Positions 48,401 through 58,148 are shown, numbered from the stretch's first letter. The stretch: DNA of 64,000 bases from Candidatus Methylomirabilota bacterium (GCA_035764725.1 DASTYT010000006.1:4833-68832), one strand, 5' to 3'. Notes: a model not told the origin generated them from the letters alone. Numbers and translations: made by a program.

Positions 48401-51400
48401 CCGGACGCGGGAGTGACGCGCCGTCGTCGCCGGTCCCCGGCATCGCGTCCCGGTCGAGGCAGAGCGTGGGATGTCCCTGGCTCGTGCAGCGGGACTCCAG
48501 ATCGGATCGGGTCAGGACACAGCACGCATCGACGGTCTGGAGGATGTGACCGAGGCGGGTCGCCGGCTCGTCGGGGTCCAGGGCCACGTAGGGCGCGCCC
48601 GCACGCATCACGCCGAGGAGCGCCGCCACCAGGTCGGGAGAGCGCCCGAGACACACGCCCACCGGCCGGCCGGGTCCGGCGCCGCGGGCGCGGAGGAGCC
48701 GCGCGAGATGCTGGGCGCGCGCGACGAGCGCCGCGTAGGTGAGGGATGCCTCGCCCTGTACCACCGCGATCGCCTCGGGGGTACGCATGCCCTGGGCTTC
48801 GACGAGGGCGGGCACGCTGGGCGCCCGCGGAGCCGGCGCGTGGGGACCGCGACCGCGGGCGACGAGCGTCGCGCGCTCGGGCGCGGGCACCAGCGAGATC
48901 TCGTCGAGCCGGCGGTCAGGGTCGGCGGCGGCATGCTCGAGCACTGACGCGAACTGGGCGAGCAAGGCGGTCATGGTCTCGGGCTCGAAGAGGTCCGTGT
49001 CGTACGTGAGCGAGCCGCTGATTCCCGCCGCTGACTCGTCGAGGCCCAGGTTGAGGTCGAACTTCGCCCCCCCGCCGAAGAGTCCCATCGGCGTGAGGGA
49101 GAGCCGATCGAGCCGGAGCGGCGAGGCGGGCTGATTGTGCAGATTGATGAAGGCGGTCACGATGGGCGCGGTGGGCCCGCCGCGGTTCGGCCGCAGCGCC
49201 TCGACGAGCTTCTCGAACGGCAGCTCCTGATGGGCGTAGGCGTCGAACGCAGTGGCCCGCACTCGCGCGAGGAGCTCCCGGAAGGTCGGCCGGTTCGCGC
49301 AATCCACCCTGAGCACGAGGGTGTCGAGGAACAGACCGATGAGGCCTTCGGTCTCCGGTCTCGAACGGCTGGCCATCGGGGCGCCGATGAGAAGATCGGT
49401 CTGGGCCGTGCGCCGGTGCAGGAGCAGCGAAAAGCCGGCGAGGAGGGTCATGAACAGCGTGGCGCCCTCGCGCCGGGCCAGCGCACGCAGCGCCGCCGCC
49501 ACACCCGGGGACAGCGCGAACGGCAGTCGCCTGCCGCGGCCGCGCGGCCGCGCGGGCCGCGGATGGTCCGTGGCGAGGGCAAGCGAGGGCGGTGCGCCGG
49601 CCAGGCGCGCGCGCCAGTGGGTGAGAAGCGGCTCGAGGGCGCCCCCCTCCATCCGCTCCCGCTGCCACGCCGAATAGTCGGCGTACTGGATGGCGAGCGG
49701 TGGCGCCGTGGGGCGGCGCCCGGCCAGGGCGGCGCGATAGCCCGCGGAGAGCTCTCGCGCGAACACATCCATCGACCACCCATCGCTCATGATGTGGTGC
49801 ATCGTGGCGAGGAGGACGTGTTGCTCGGCACCGAAGCGCAGGAGGCGGCAGCGCCAGAGGGGCCCGTGCTCGAGGTCGAAGTGGCGGTGGGCCTCCTCGG
49901 CGGTGAGCCGGTCCGCCTCGAGCTCGCGCGCGGCGGCATCGAGCGGCTCGAGATCCGTGGCCTCGAACGGGACGCTCAGACGGGGCGCCACGCTCTGCCA
50001 CGCGCGTCCGTCACGGCCGACCAGCGACGTGCGCAGGATCTCGTGCCGCTCGGTGAGCCACTCGAGCGCGTGGGCCAGCGCGCCCGCGTCGAGGGGGCCG
50101 GTGATGCGCCAGCCGGTCGCAATGTTGTAGTCGGAGCGCCCGGGATCCAGCTGATCGAGGAACCAGAGCCGCTCCTGGGCGAACGAGGCCGGGAAGAGAT
50201 CGCCCGTCCCGGAGCGAGGCAAGCGGGGGATGGGGGCGACGGCGGGCCGCAGCGTCACGTCGCGCGGCGCGCTCTCGATCGCGTGGGCGAGCCCGGCGAC
50301 GGTGGGGCGCTCGATGAAAGCGGGCAGCGAGATATCGACGTCCCACGCCGTGCGGACGCGGGCAAGCACGAGGGCAGCGAGCAGCGAGTTGCCTCCGAGA
50401 TCGAAGAAGTCGTCCTCGACCCCCACGTCGTCGACGCCGAGCACGGCGGCCCACACCCGGGCGATCTCGTTTTCCCGGGGCGTCCGGGGGGCCAGCCGCG
50501 TCGTCGGGCCGGACTCGGCGCGGCCCGCGAGAGGTAGAGGCAGGGCGCGGCGGTCGATCTTGCCATTGCCGTCCACGGGTAGGCGATCGAGGACGATCAA
50601 GGCGGAGGGCACCATCACGTCGGGGAGCCGTGGCGCGAGGGCGCGTCGGAGCTCGCTCGCGTTGAGGGTCCGGGTAAGCTGCGGGACCAGGTAGGCGACG
50701 AGCCGCGCCGCGCCCGGCTCGTCCTCGCGTACGAGCACGACCGCCTCGGCTACCCCGGAAAGGGCGAGCAGCGCGGCCTCCACCTCCGCGACCTCGACCC
50801 GTTGCCCGCGCACCTTGCTATGCCCGTCGCGCCGACCGAGCATCTCGAGCATCCCGTCCGCGCGGAGACGGCCGAGATCGCCGGTCCGATACAGGCGCGT
50901 GTCCGGCCGGCCGGGCTCCGCGACGAAGCGTGCCGCGGTGAGCGCGGGTTGCTTCCAGTAGCCCATGGCGAGGTACGCGCTGCGCACTGCGATCTCGCCC
51001 GTCTCGCCGGCCGCGACCGGGCGGCCGCCCTCGTCGAGCAGCACGACCTCCATGTCCTCCACCGGAGCGCCGATCGGCACCACGCCCTCGGGAACGGGCT
51101 CGCGCGCGGCAAAGAAGAACTGGCGCACGAGGCCGCACTCCGTCGCCCCGAGCCCGTTGACGAGCACGCAGTCAGGCCCGAAGCGCTCACGGAACAAGGC
51201 GAGGTCGCTCGGGGTCGCGCGATCGCCCTCGAGTCGGACCACGCGGAGGGCAGGCAGAGGGCGCCCGGAGCCGGCCGCCAGGCGGAAGAGCGCGGGCACC
51301 GAGTGATAGATGGTGATGGCCTCGGCGGCGAGCCATTCGGCGATGCGCTGCCCGCCGTCGCGCGCCACGTCGAAGGGGAAGACGGCGGCGCCGTTCAGCA

Positions 51401-52100
51401 GGGCGCCGAACAAGCTCGAGACCGCCCCGCTGAAGGTCGGCCCCTGCAGCAGCGTGAGGCGATCGTCCGCGCAGAGGTGCAGCGTGTTCGTGTAGCGCAT
51501 GATGTTGTGCAGCACGTTGCGATGCGTGTCGACCACGCCCTTGGGCCGGCCGGTCGAGCCGGAGGTGTAGAAAATGTACGCGCCCGCGTCCGGCGCGACG
51601 TCCACCGTCGGAGGCGTGTCGGCGCCGAGCGCGCCGCGGGCGTCGAGCGCCAGCACCTCCGCCCGGGGCGCCGCCCGGCGCGCGAGGTCCGCGTGCGCGG
51701 CCAGCGTCAGCACGAGCCGCGCCTCCGCATCACCGATGGCGTCGGCGAGCCGCGCCTCGGGGTGCGTGGGATCCAGCGGCACGTAGATCGCGCCTGCCTT
51801 GAGCGCGCCGAGCACCGCGGTGACCTGACCCACGCTCTGCGGCAGGAGCAAGACCACCGGCTCGTTGCCCCCGCCGAGCCGGTCGAGCACGGCGTGCGCG
51901 ACGCGGTTGGCGGCCTGATCGAGGGCCTCATAGGTCAGTCGCTCCGCGCCCATCGTCAGGGCGAGGCGGCCGGGGTGGCGGGCGACCTGCTCGGCGAATC
52001 GCGCCGTGAGCGAGCCCTCGAGAGCCGCCCGCGGGAACGGAACGAACGGGTTGGTCGGTCTCCCGTCGGGGCCGGGGCAGGATCGTGGCGATGCCGTCAT
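45444..52100 (-). CDS. NRPS-1: initiation module A-T, elongation module C-A-T, and a C-terminal in-line AMP-binding (AAE3/MatB-like) domain with no carrier of its own (A-T-C-A-T-AL)
   Basis: 2218 aa. No N-terminal C domain. Motifs in order: FYTSGSTGRPKGVV; FFDLGGNSLLA; MHHIMSDGWSMDVF; FTSGSSGVPKGV; FFDLGGHSLLA; then LLTSGTTARPKRV...MPLFHVNGL...IINRGGEKVAPREVEE...AFKVPRHILLV, ending 3 aa before the stop. Confidence 0.85.
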   Translation of the reverse strand: MTASPRSCPGPDGRPTNPFVPFPRAALEGSLTARFAEQVARHPGRLALTMGAERLTYEALDQAANRVAHAVLDRLGGGNEPVVLLLPQSVGQVTAVLGALKAGAIYVPLDPTHPEARLADAIGDAEARLVLTLAAHADLARRAAPRAEVLALDARGALGADTPPTVDVAPDAGAYIFYTSGSTGRPKGVVDTHRNVLHNIMRYTNTLHLCADDRLTLLQGPTFSGAVSSLFGALLNGAAVFPFDVARDGGQRIAEWLAAEAITIYHSVPALFRLAAGSGRPLPALRVVRLEGDRATPSDLALFRERFGPDCVLVNGLGATECGLVRQFFFAAREPVPEGVVPIGAPVEDMEVVLLDEGGRPVAAGETGEIAVRSAYLAMGYWKQPALTAARFVAEPGRPDTRLYRTGDLGRLRADGMLEMLGRRDGHSKVRGQRVEVAEVEAALLALSGVAEAVVLVREDEPGAARLVAYLVPQLTRTLNASELRRALAPRLPDVMVPSALIVLDRLPVDGNGKIDRRALPLPLAGRAESGPTTRLAPRTPRENEIARVWAAVLGVDDVGVEDDFFDLGGNSLLAALVLARVRTAWDVDISLPAFIERPTVAGLAHAIESAPRDVTLRPAVAPIPRLPRSGTGDLFPASFAQERLWFLDQLDPGRSDYNIATGWRITGPLDAGALAHALEWLTERHEILRTSLVGRDGRAWQSVAPRLSVPFEATDLEPLDAAARELEADRLTAEEAHRHFDLEHGPLWRCRLLRFGAEQHVLLATMHHIMSDGWSMDVFARELSAGYRAALAGRRPTAPPLAIQYADYSAWQRERMEGGALEPLLTHWRARLAGAPPSLALATDHPRPARPRGRGRRLPFALSPGVAAALRALARREGATLFMTLLAGFSLLLHRRTAQTDLLIGAPMASRSRPETEGLIGLFLDTLVLRVDCANRPTFRELLARVRATAFDAYAHQELPFEKLVEALRPNRGGPTAPIVTAFINLHNQPASPLRLDRLSLTPMGLFGGGAKFDLNLGLDESAAGISGSLTYDTDLFEPETMTALLAQFASVLEHAAADPDRRLDEISLVPAPERATLVARGRGPHAPAPRAPSVPALVEAQGMRTPEAIAVVQGEASLTYAALVARAQHLARLLRARGAGPGRPVGVCLGRSPDLVAALLGVMRAGAPYVALDPDEPATRLGHILQTVDACCVLTRSDLESRCTSQGHPTLCLDRDAMPGTGDDGASLPRPGLDDLAYVAFTSGSSGVPKGVPIVHRAVLSYLEFLTETFGLRSTDVVLQLARASFDASVREFFAPLAVGARVVLLRDGEAADPEAILERLRAHEATALLALVPSVLRPLTGAAEDRGLAASTLRLVLTTGEPLLYDDVRRAIRHLCPHAAFVNQYGPTECTMTCTFHRVDTAPEAEGAVPIGRPIAGVSALILDAALGPVPAGVPGELYIGGVGVASGYMGDPALSAARFVADPHAAGGRLYKTGDLARARADGTLDFLGRIDRQIKIRGIRTEPGEAESVLRQHPAVREVAVLPWEPHPGDQRLAAYVVAHGAAAVDRAALRQFARQLLPAHLVPAAFVPMSALPLTANRKLDRDALPAPGPDDAVGAPAHVAARTPLEAMLVEIWSDVLGAARIGILDDFFDLGGHSLLAARLVARLRDRLGVEIPLRQIFDNSTIADLALALLEIEASPEGLGGAGERGDRDDEADAPSADEASTLRDLLEAHARHAPTAAAIVAPGRTPLSYRDLLAHVDDTAQRLAGAGLGGRARIAIVAPQGPEAAVAILAVAAAAVCVPLNPAAPPPEIEAILATTPLDALLAPAGAPALGVARRRGLPAIAIQSASAGPAGAIALDLPLPATGAAPAARGHDDIALVLLTSGTTARPKRVPLSHRQILASARGHRQALALRPGDRCLDLMPLFHVNGLMMLIASLGAGSAVVCPPRFEAAHVFAWLDETRPTWVNGTPTVHQGILGQAALERGSAAPIAARVGLRFVRSASSALPPRLREEMERLFAAPVIESYGQTETATLVAVTPLARGAGKTGSAGVSAGPEIAIIDPDGRPLAPGSRGEILVRGVNVMAGYEDDPGTTTASFHDGWYRTGDLGHLDADGFLFITGRLKEIINRGGEKVAPREVEEILLAHPAVREAVTFGVPHRTLGEDVAAAVVLVDGAALMPTDLRRFAAERVSAFKVPRHILLVSEIPRGPAGKPDRAALAHAVAAEVTA
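45447..47050 (-). other. C-terminal in-line ANL domain of NRPS-1 (oxalate/malonate-CoA-ligase-like); boundaries approximate
   Basis: The TSGTTARPKRV motif lies near 46470-46500. The domain runs to the C-terminus with no following T domain. Confidence 0.55.
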
Positions 52101-52275
52101 AGGTCAACCGTGGTGGCGACTATCTAATGAAATCGGCATGCCAAGGTCAACCCGCAGGCAAACGGCGAGAATCCATCGCATTTTCGCCCATGTAGGTCTT
52201 GCGCTGTGAAGACTGTCAAGCGTGCCGACAGCGAGGCTTGCCGGGCGCCGGGCGCAGAGCTAGAGTGCCGAGTGG
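52101..52275. promoter_or_regulatory. Divergent promoter region between NRPS-1 and the GAF histidine kinase; AT-richer than its surroundings, with a direct repeat AGGTCAACC (52101-52109 and 52144-52152)
   Basis: Local drop in GC (tatctaatgaaatcggcatgcc, catcgcattttcgcccatgtaggtctt). The repeat is seen directly. Confidence 0.4.
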
Positions 52276-53613
52276 ATGCGGCGCGTCGTCCTTGTGTCAC
52301 TGCTCCTGCTCGGTGCCGGGTTCCTGCGAGAGCGGGCGGGCCGGAGGCGGGCGGAGCGATCCCTCGGCGAGCGGCTTCGCTTCGAAACCTTGCTCACAGA
52401 TCACACCGCCACGTTCAGCCGTGTCTCCGCCGCCGACGTGGATCGTGAGATCGAGAGGGCGCTGCGCCACATCGCCGACTTCCTCGGGGTCGACTGGGGT
52501 AGCTTCGCCGAGTACTCGACGGACGAGCGAACCGCCCGGATCACCCACGCGTGGGTCGCCGAGGGCGTGGATCGTCAACCGTCGAGCCTCGGGTTCGAGG
52601 AGCTGCCCTGGATCCTGGGGCGCCTTCAGCGGGGCGAGGTGGTGCGATTCTCCCGCCTCGACGAGCTCCCGGACGGCCCGGCGGCTGTGGATCGGCGCAC
52701 GCTCCGCGCGCTCGGCATCATGTCCCATGTCGCGGTGCCGCTGATCGTCGAGGGCGTCGTGATGGGCGCCGTGGCGTTCAGCACACTGCGGCGCGAGCGA
52801 GCCTGGCGAGATGACTTCGTCCAGCGGCTCCGCTTGCTCGGCGAGGTGTTCGTCAATGCCCTGTCGCGCCGCCGTGGAGAGATGGAAGGGCAGCGTCTCC
52901 GCGGGGAGCTCGCCCATACCGGGCGCGTCGCGACGGTCGGGGCCCTGACCACCACGCTCGCCCACGAGCTCAATCAGCCCCTGACCGCCATCCTGAGCAA
53001 TGCGGAGGCCGCCGAGCAGCTCCTCGAGGGCCCGGCGCCTCGGCTCGAGGGGCTTCGCGAGATCCTGCAGGACATCGTCAAGGACGACCGGCGCGCGGTC
53101 GAGGTGATCCGCCGTCTGCGCGGGCTTCTTGCGAAGGGCACGGTGGAACCTGCCGCGCTCGACGTCAACGAGATCGTCGCGGAGGTCGCACGGCTCGTGA
53201 GTGCCGATGCGGCGGTCCGCGACGTGTCGGTGCGCCTCGATCTGGCGCCCGACTTGCCGCCCGTCTGGGGGGATCGCGTTCAGCTCCAGCAGGTGGTCCT
53301 GAACCTGCTCTTGAATGCGCTGGACGCGATGGCTGACGCGGATCGAGGCGGCCGGCGACTCCTCCTCGAGACCGCCCGCGGGGGGCCGCGGAGCGTGCGG
53401 ATCGCGGTACGGGACTCGGGGACCGGCCTCGACGCGGCGACTCTCGGCCAGATCTTCGAGGCCTTCTATTCCACGAAGTCGACCGGCATGGGCATGGGGC
53501 TCACGATCGCGCGCCAGATCGTCGAGGCGCACGGCGGTCGCCTGGAGGCGGGGAACAACGCGGAAGGTGGCGCGACCTTCTCCTTCACCCTGCCCACTGG
53601 AGGCGCACGATGA
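52276..53613 (+). CDS. Sensor histidine kinase with an N-terminal GAF-like sensor domain, HisKA and HATPase_c
   Basis: H-box LAHELNQPLTAIL; N/G boxes LNLLLNALDAM, RDSGTGL, GMGMGLTIARQIVEAHGG. Confidence 0.85.
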   Translation: MRRVVLVSLLLLGAGFLRERAGRRRAERSLGERLRFETLLTDHTATFSRVSAADVDREIERALRHIADFLGVDWGSFAEYSTDERTARITHAWVAEGVDRQPSSLGFEELPWILGRLQRGEVVRFSRLDELPDGPAAVDRRTLRALGIMSHVAVPLIVEGVVMGAVAFSTLRRERAWRDDFVQRLRLLGEVFVNALSRRRGEMEGQRLRGELAHTGRVATVGALTTTLAHELNQPLTAILSNAEAAEQLLEGPAPRLEGLREILQDIVKDDRRAVEVIRRLRGLLAKGTVEPAALDVNEIVAEVARLVSADAAVRDVSVRLDLAPDLPPVWGDRVQLQQVVLNLLLNALDAMADADRGGRRLLLETARGGPRSVRIAVRDSGTGLDAATLGQIFEAFYSTKSTGMGMGLTIARQIVEAHGGRLEAGNNAEGGATFSFTLPTGGAR

Positions 53614-54242
53614 CGAGCGTGTCTCCCGCCTCGATGGTGTTCGTCGTCGATGACGACGCCTCGGTGCGCAAGAGCCTGACGAGGCTCCTCACGGGCGCGG
53701 GCTTCGAGGTCGAGCCGTTCGCCTCCGTCCAGGCCTTCCTCGCGCGCCGTCGCCACGATGGCCCGTGCTGCCTCGTGCTCGACGTGCGCATGCCCGGCTT
53801 GACCGGGCTCGACCTCCAGGAGGCGCTCACCGCGGCGGGCCGGCTCTTGTCCATCGTCTTCATCACCGGCTTCGTCGACGTGCGCGAGAGCGTGAAGGCG
53901 ATGAAAGGCGGCGCCGTCGACTTTCTGACGAAGCCCGTCGCGGCCACCGAGCTGGTGGCGGCGATCCGACGCGGGATCGCCCGGGGGGTCCGCGAGGAGA
54001 AGGAGCAAGCCCGCCGGGCGGAGATCCGGGATCGCGTGAAGGCCCTCACCCCACGCGAGGCCGAAGTGTTCGCGCGGGTCGTGACGGGGATGCTGAACAA
54101 GCAGATCGCCCGCGAGCTGGGCGTCGTCGAGAAGACCGTGAAGGTGCATCGCGCGCAGGTGATGGTCAAGATGCAGGCGGGATCCCTGGCCGAGCTCGTC
54201 CAGCTGGCCGGTGAGGCGGGGGTGCTCGCCGCGATCCCCTGA
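53610..54242 (+). CDS. Response regulator, FixJ/NarL (LuxR-type HTH) family
   Basis: Receiver VFVVDDDASVRKSL...LVLDVRMPGLTG. C-terminal LuxR HTH LTPREAEVFARVVTGMLNKQIARELGVVEKTVKVHRAQVMVKM. ATGA overlap with the kinase. Confidence 0.85.
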   Translation: MTSVSPASMVFVVDDDASVRKSLTRLLTGAGFEVEPFASVQAFLARRRHDGPCCLVLDVRMPGLTGLDLQEALTAAGRLLSIVFITGFVDVRESVKAMKGGAVDFLTKPVAATELVAAIRRGIARGVREEKEQARRAEIRDRVKALTPREAEVFARVVTGMLNKQIARELGVVEKTVKVHRAQVMVKMQAGSLAELVQLAGEAGVLAAIP

Positions 54243-54258
54243 CGGGGTCGGGACCGCC

Positions 54259-54290
54259 CGTGACCAAAGTCCCCGTGACCAAGGTCCAAT
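54259..54290. promoter_or_regulatory. Tandem copies of CCGTGACCAARGTCC ending in GACCAAGGTCCAAT; the last ATG of the motif is the start codon chosen for the downstream receiver gene
   Basis: Seen directly: cccgtgaccaaagtccccgtgaccaaggtccaATG. The same 14-mer recurs at 56911-56924. Confidence 0.5.
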
Positions 54291-54726
54291 GTCGCTCGCG
54301 CCACGCTCCTGTAGCATCAGATCAGTGTCTGGCGTCGGCTTCCCATCCAGCCTCTGCGCGGTACCGCTCGTCTCGATCGTCGATGACGACCCTTCCGTGC
54401 GCCGCGCGCTCCAGCGCCTGATCGAGGCCGCGGGCTACGCCGTGGAGACCTTCGCGTCGGGGGAGGACTTCCTCGATGCCACGCCCTGGGGCCGCAGCGC
54501 GTGCCTGATCATCGACATCCACATGGTGGGCATGACGGGGCTCGAGCTGCAGGAGCGGCTGATGGCGCGGGGCAGCGCGGCGCCCGTCATCTTCATCACC
54601 GCGATCGACGACGCTCCGACACGCGAGCGGGTCGGGCTGTCCGGCGCCGCCGCATACCTGCCGAAGCCGTTCGACCGGAAGACGCTCCTCGGAGCCATCC
54701 AGGGAGCAATCGCGTCGCACGACTGA
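54289..54726 (+). CDS. Stand-alone response-regulator receiver domain protein (CheY-like); start uncertain (alternative GTG about 39 nt downstream)
   Basis: VSIVDDDPSVRRALQRLIEAAGY...LIIDIHMVGMTGLELQ...AYLPKPF is a receiver domain with no output domain. Confidence 0.6.
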   Translation: MSLAPRSCSIRSVSGVGFPSSLCAVPLVSIVDDDPSVRRALQRLIEAAGYAVETFASGEDFLDATPWGRSACLIIDIHMVGMTGLELQERLMARGSAAPVIFITAIDDAPTRERVGLSGAAAYLPKPFDRKTLLGAIQGAIASHD

Positions 54727-54755
54727 AGAAGCCGTGCGGAGGGGGCGAGCGGGGA

Positions 54756-54782
54756 GGGGAACGGCCAGTAGGGCCGTTCCCC
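54756..54782. terminator. Perfect 11-bp GC-rich hairpin (GGGGAACGGCC-agtag-GGCCGTTCCCC) between the convergent receiver gene and groEL; candidate bidirectional intrinsic terminator without a strong U-tract
   Basis: Inverted repeat seen directly, about 30 nt after the receiver stop and 20 nt after the groEL stop. Confidence 0.5.
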
Positions 54783-54801
54783 TGAGGTGGTCGGCTCCAG
54801 C

Positions 54802-56457
<1,656 letters not shown>

Positions 56458-56480
56458 TCATCAGCGGCCGGGCCGCCGCC

Positions 56481-56765
56481 TCACGAAGAAAGGACGCCGA
56501 GGAGGTCCTCCTCCTTCATGACGAGGTACTCTTCGCCGTCCAGGCTGATCTCGCTGCCGGAATACCTCGCGAAGAGCACGCGATCACCCGCCTTGACGTC
56601 GAGCGGGGTCTTCTTGCCGTCCTCGGCGACCTTGCCCTTGCCGACGGCGACGATCTTGCCCTCTTGCGGCTTCTCCTTGGCGCTGTCGGGGATGATGATG
56701 CCGCGACGGACCGTCTCCTCCTCGACGCGCTTGAGCAGGACTCGGTCGTGGAGTGGGCGGAGCAT
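56481..56765 (-). CDS. groES: Co-chaperonin GroES (10 kDa); an alternative ATG 21 nt upstream at 56786 has AGGGAGG in front of it
   Basis: [44 protein letters not shown]...[14 protein letters not shown] matches GroES end to end. Confidence 0.9.
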   Translation of the reverse strand: MLRPLHDRVLLKRVEEETVRRGIIIPDSAKEKPQEGKIVAVGKGKVAEDGKKTPLDVKAGDRVLFARYSGSEISLDGEEYLVMKEEDLLGVLSS

Positions 56766-56908
56766 GGTCTTCCTTGTCGGAGTCATGGCGTGAGTGCCTC
56801 CCTCTTCCAGGTGTGAGTGAGCCAGGCGTCGGAGCATGCCAGCGGTCAGACATGCCGATGAGCGAGATGCACTGATCACGTTAGCAGCCGCGGTGGTCCG
56901 GCGGCAAC

Positions 56909-56924
56909 TGGACCAAGGTCCAAT
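56909..56924. promoter_or_regulatory. Palindrome TGGACC-AA-GGTCCA plus AT (shared 14-mer GACCAAGGTCCAAT) in the groES / 56999-gene divergent intergenic region
   Basis: Seen directly. A second occurrence of the motif lies at 54276-54290. Confidence 0.5.
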
Positions 56925-56998
56925 ACCCTCGCCGCGAGTCGCCCCTTAACATGGGAGCTAGACAGGGACCGAGCTGCTCCGCACGGAGGAGGACAATC

Positions 56999-57394
56999 AT
57001 GGACCAATCGAAGCGACCCCCGACGTTCAAAGAGAGGTGGGCGGCTTCCCGCCCGACGAAGACACTCGTGTTCTGGTCATGGGTGGGGATCGGCATCCTG
57101 ACCATGATCGTCGGGTTCAGCTGGGGCGGGTGGGTCACCGGCAGCACCGCGCGGGCGATGGCCGAGGCGCGCGGTGAGGATGCCGTCGTCAAGCGGCTGG
57201 CGCCCATGTGCGCGCTTCGGTTCGAGAACGCGTCCGACAAGGAGCAAAGGCTCAAGGAGCTCAAGGACGCGGGGGCCTGGGACCGGGCGGAGTATGTGAT
57301 GAAGCAGGGATGGGCAACGCTGCCCGGCGACAAGGAGCCGGAGCGGAAGGTCGCCGACGAGTGCGCGAAGCTGCTGGTGGCGGACGCGAAGTAG
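56999..57394 (+). CDS. Hypothetical membrane-anchored protein (131 aa)
   Basis: GGAGGA lies 6 nt upstream of ATG 56999. One TM segment (LVFWSWVGIGILTMIVGFSWGGWV). High GC3. Confidence 0.5.
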   Translation: MDQSKRPPTFKERWAASRPTKTLVFWSWVGIGILTMIVGFSWGGWVTGSTARAMAEARGEDAVVKRLAPMCALRFENASDKEQRLKELKDAGAWDRAEYVMKQGWATLPGDKEPERKVADECAKLLVADAK

Positions 57395-57732
57395 CTTCGG
57401 ACGATCCGGAGGTTTCAGATGGCACTCAAACTCTTCGTCCGCGGGCTTGTGTCCACTTCTGACGAGCGGCTGCGGGAGTGGCGGGAGACGGTGGTAGACC
57501 GACGGCGCCAGTGCAGGTTGTAGCCATCGCGACCCCCGGAAGCCGGGACTGGCGCTGGCGGATCGTGGACTACTCCGGCGGCACGATGGAGGAGTCACGC
57601 GAGACGTTCGCCTCGATAGCGACGGCCCTGGCCTCGGGGGCCAAGAGGCTCACCGACATGAACGCGCTCGCGCGCACGGCGGTCGTCCCGCCCTTCCGGC
57701 CGAGGCCCCGGTGAGGGAGCCGGAGAGAAAAA

Positions 57733-58148
57733 GCACCAGAGAAGGCGTGTAAGCCGGGTCCTGTGAGCCGAGCTTGCGCCCGGCCCGATGGTCATTTCTC
57801 TAGGACGCCGGTTACCCGGCGCCTCAAGCGGCCGTACCCGAGAGCGCCACGCGGGCCGCGCTTCACCCGCGCGCCGGGCTTGAGACCCGACGCCGGGATC
57901 GCTCTCCTATTTGACCTTGCTCCGGGTGGGGTTTACCGAGCCGGCGCGGTCACCCGCGCCGCTGGTGAGCTCTTACCTCACCGTTTCACCCTTACCGCAC
58001 GGCGAGGCCGCGCGGCGGTTTGCTTTCTGTGGCACTGGTCCGTGGGGTCGCCCCCCCTGGCCGTTAGCCAGCACCCTGCCCTGTGGAGCCCGGACTTTCC
58101 TCCCGCGCGAGTTGCCCCGCGCCGGCGACCATCCGGCCTTCTCTGGTG
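57733..58148 (-). ncRNA. rnpB: RNase P RNA (bacterial type A, M1 RNA)
   Basis: The minus strand reads ...CCAGAGAAGGC (P1 5')...GGAAAGTCCGGGCTCCACAGGGCAGGGTGCTGGCTAACGGCCAGGGG...GGTAAGGGTGAAACGGTGAGGTAAGAGCTCACCAGC...GGTAAACCCCACCCGGAGCAAGGTCAAATAGG...ACAGGACCCGGCTTACACGCCTTCTCTGG (P1 3'), followed by a UUUUUCUCU tract. All universally conserved RNase P RNA blocks are present. Ends are +/-5 nt. Confidence 0.85.

Noticed and set aside
36365-52127. Many plus-strand ORFs of 300-730 aa (for example 36365..38548, 38996..40804, 40294..42411, 42412..44541, 46356..48182, 49137..50537, 50802..52127), plus nested minus-strand ORFs such as 40832..42478 and 46730..47899
   Set aside because: All lie within the NRPS genes on the opposite strand or in alternative frames. 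The NRPS frames carry complete, ordered C/A/T/TE core motifs, so these are artefacts.
56766-56950. CIRCE (TTAGCACTC-N9-GAGTGCTAA) heat-shock operator upstream of groES
   Set aside because: I looked for it on both strands. Only partial, non-inverted GCACTCAC-like repeats are present and there is no credible CIRCE inverted repeat. The region instead carries the TGGACCAAGGTCCA palindrome reported above.
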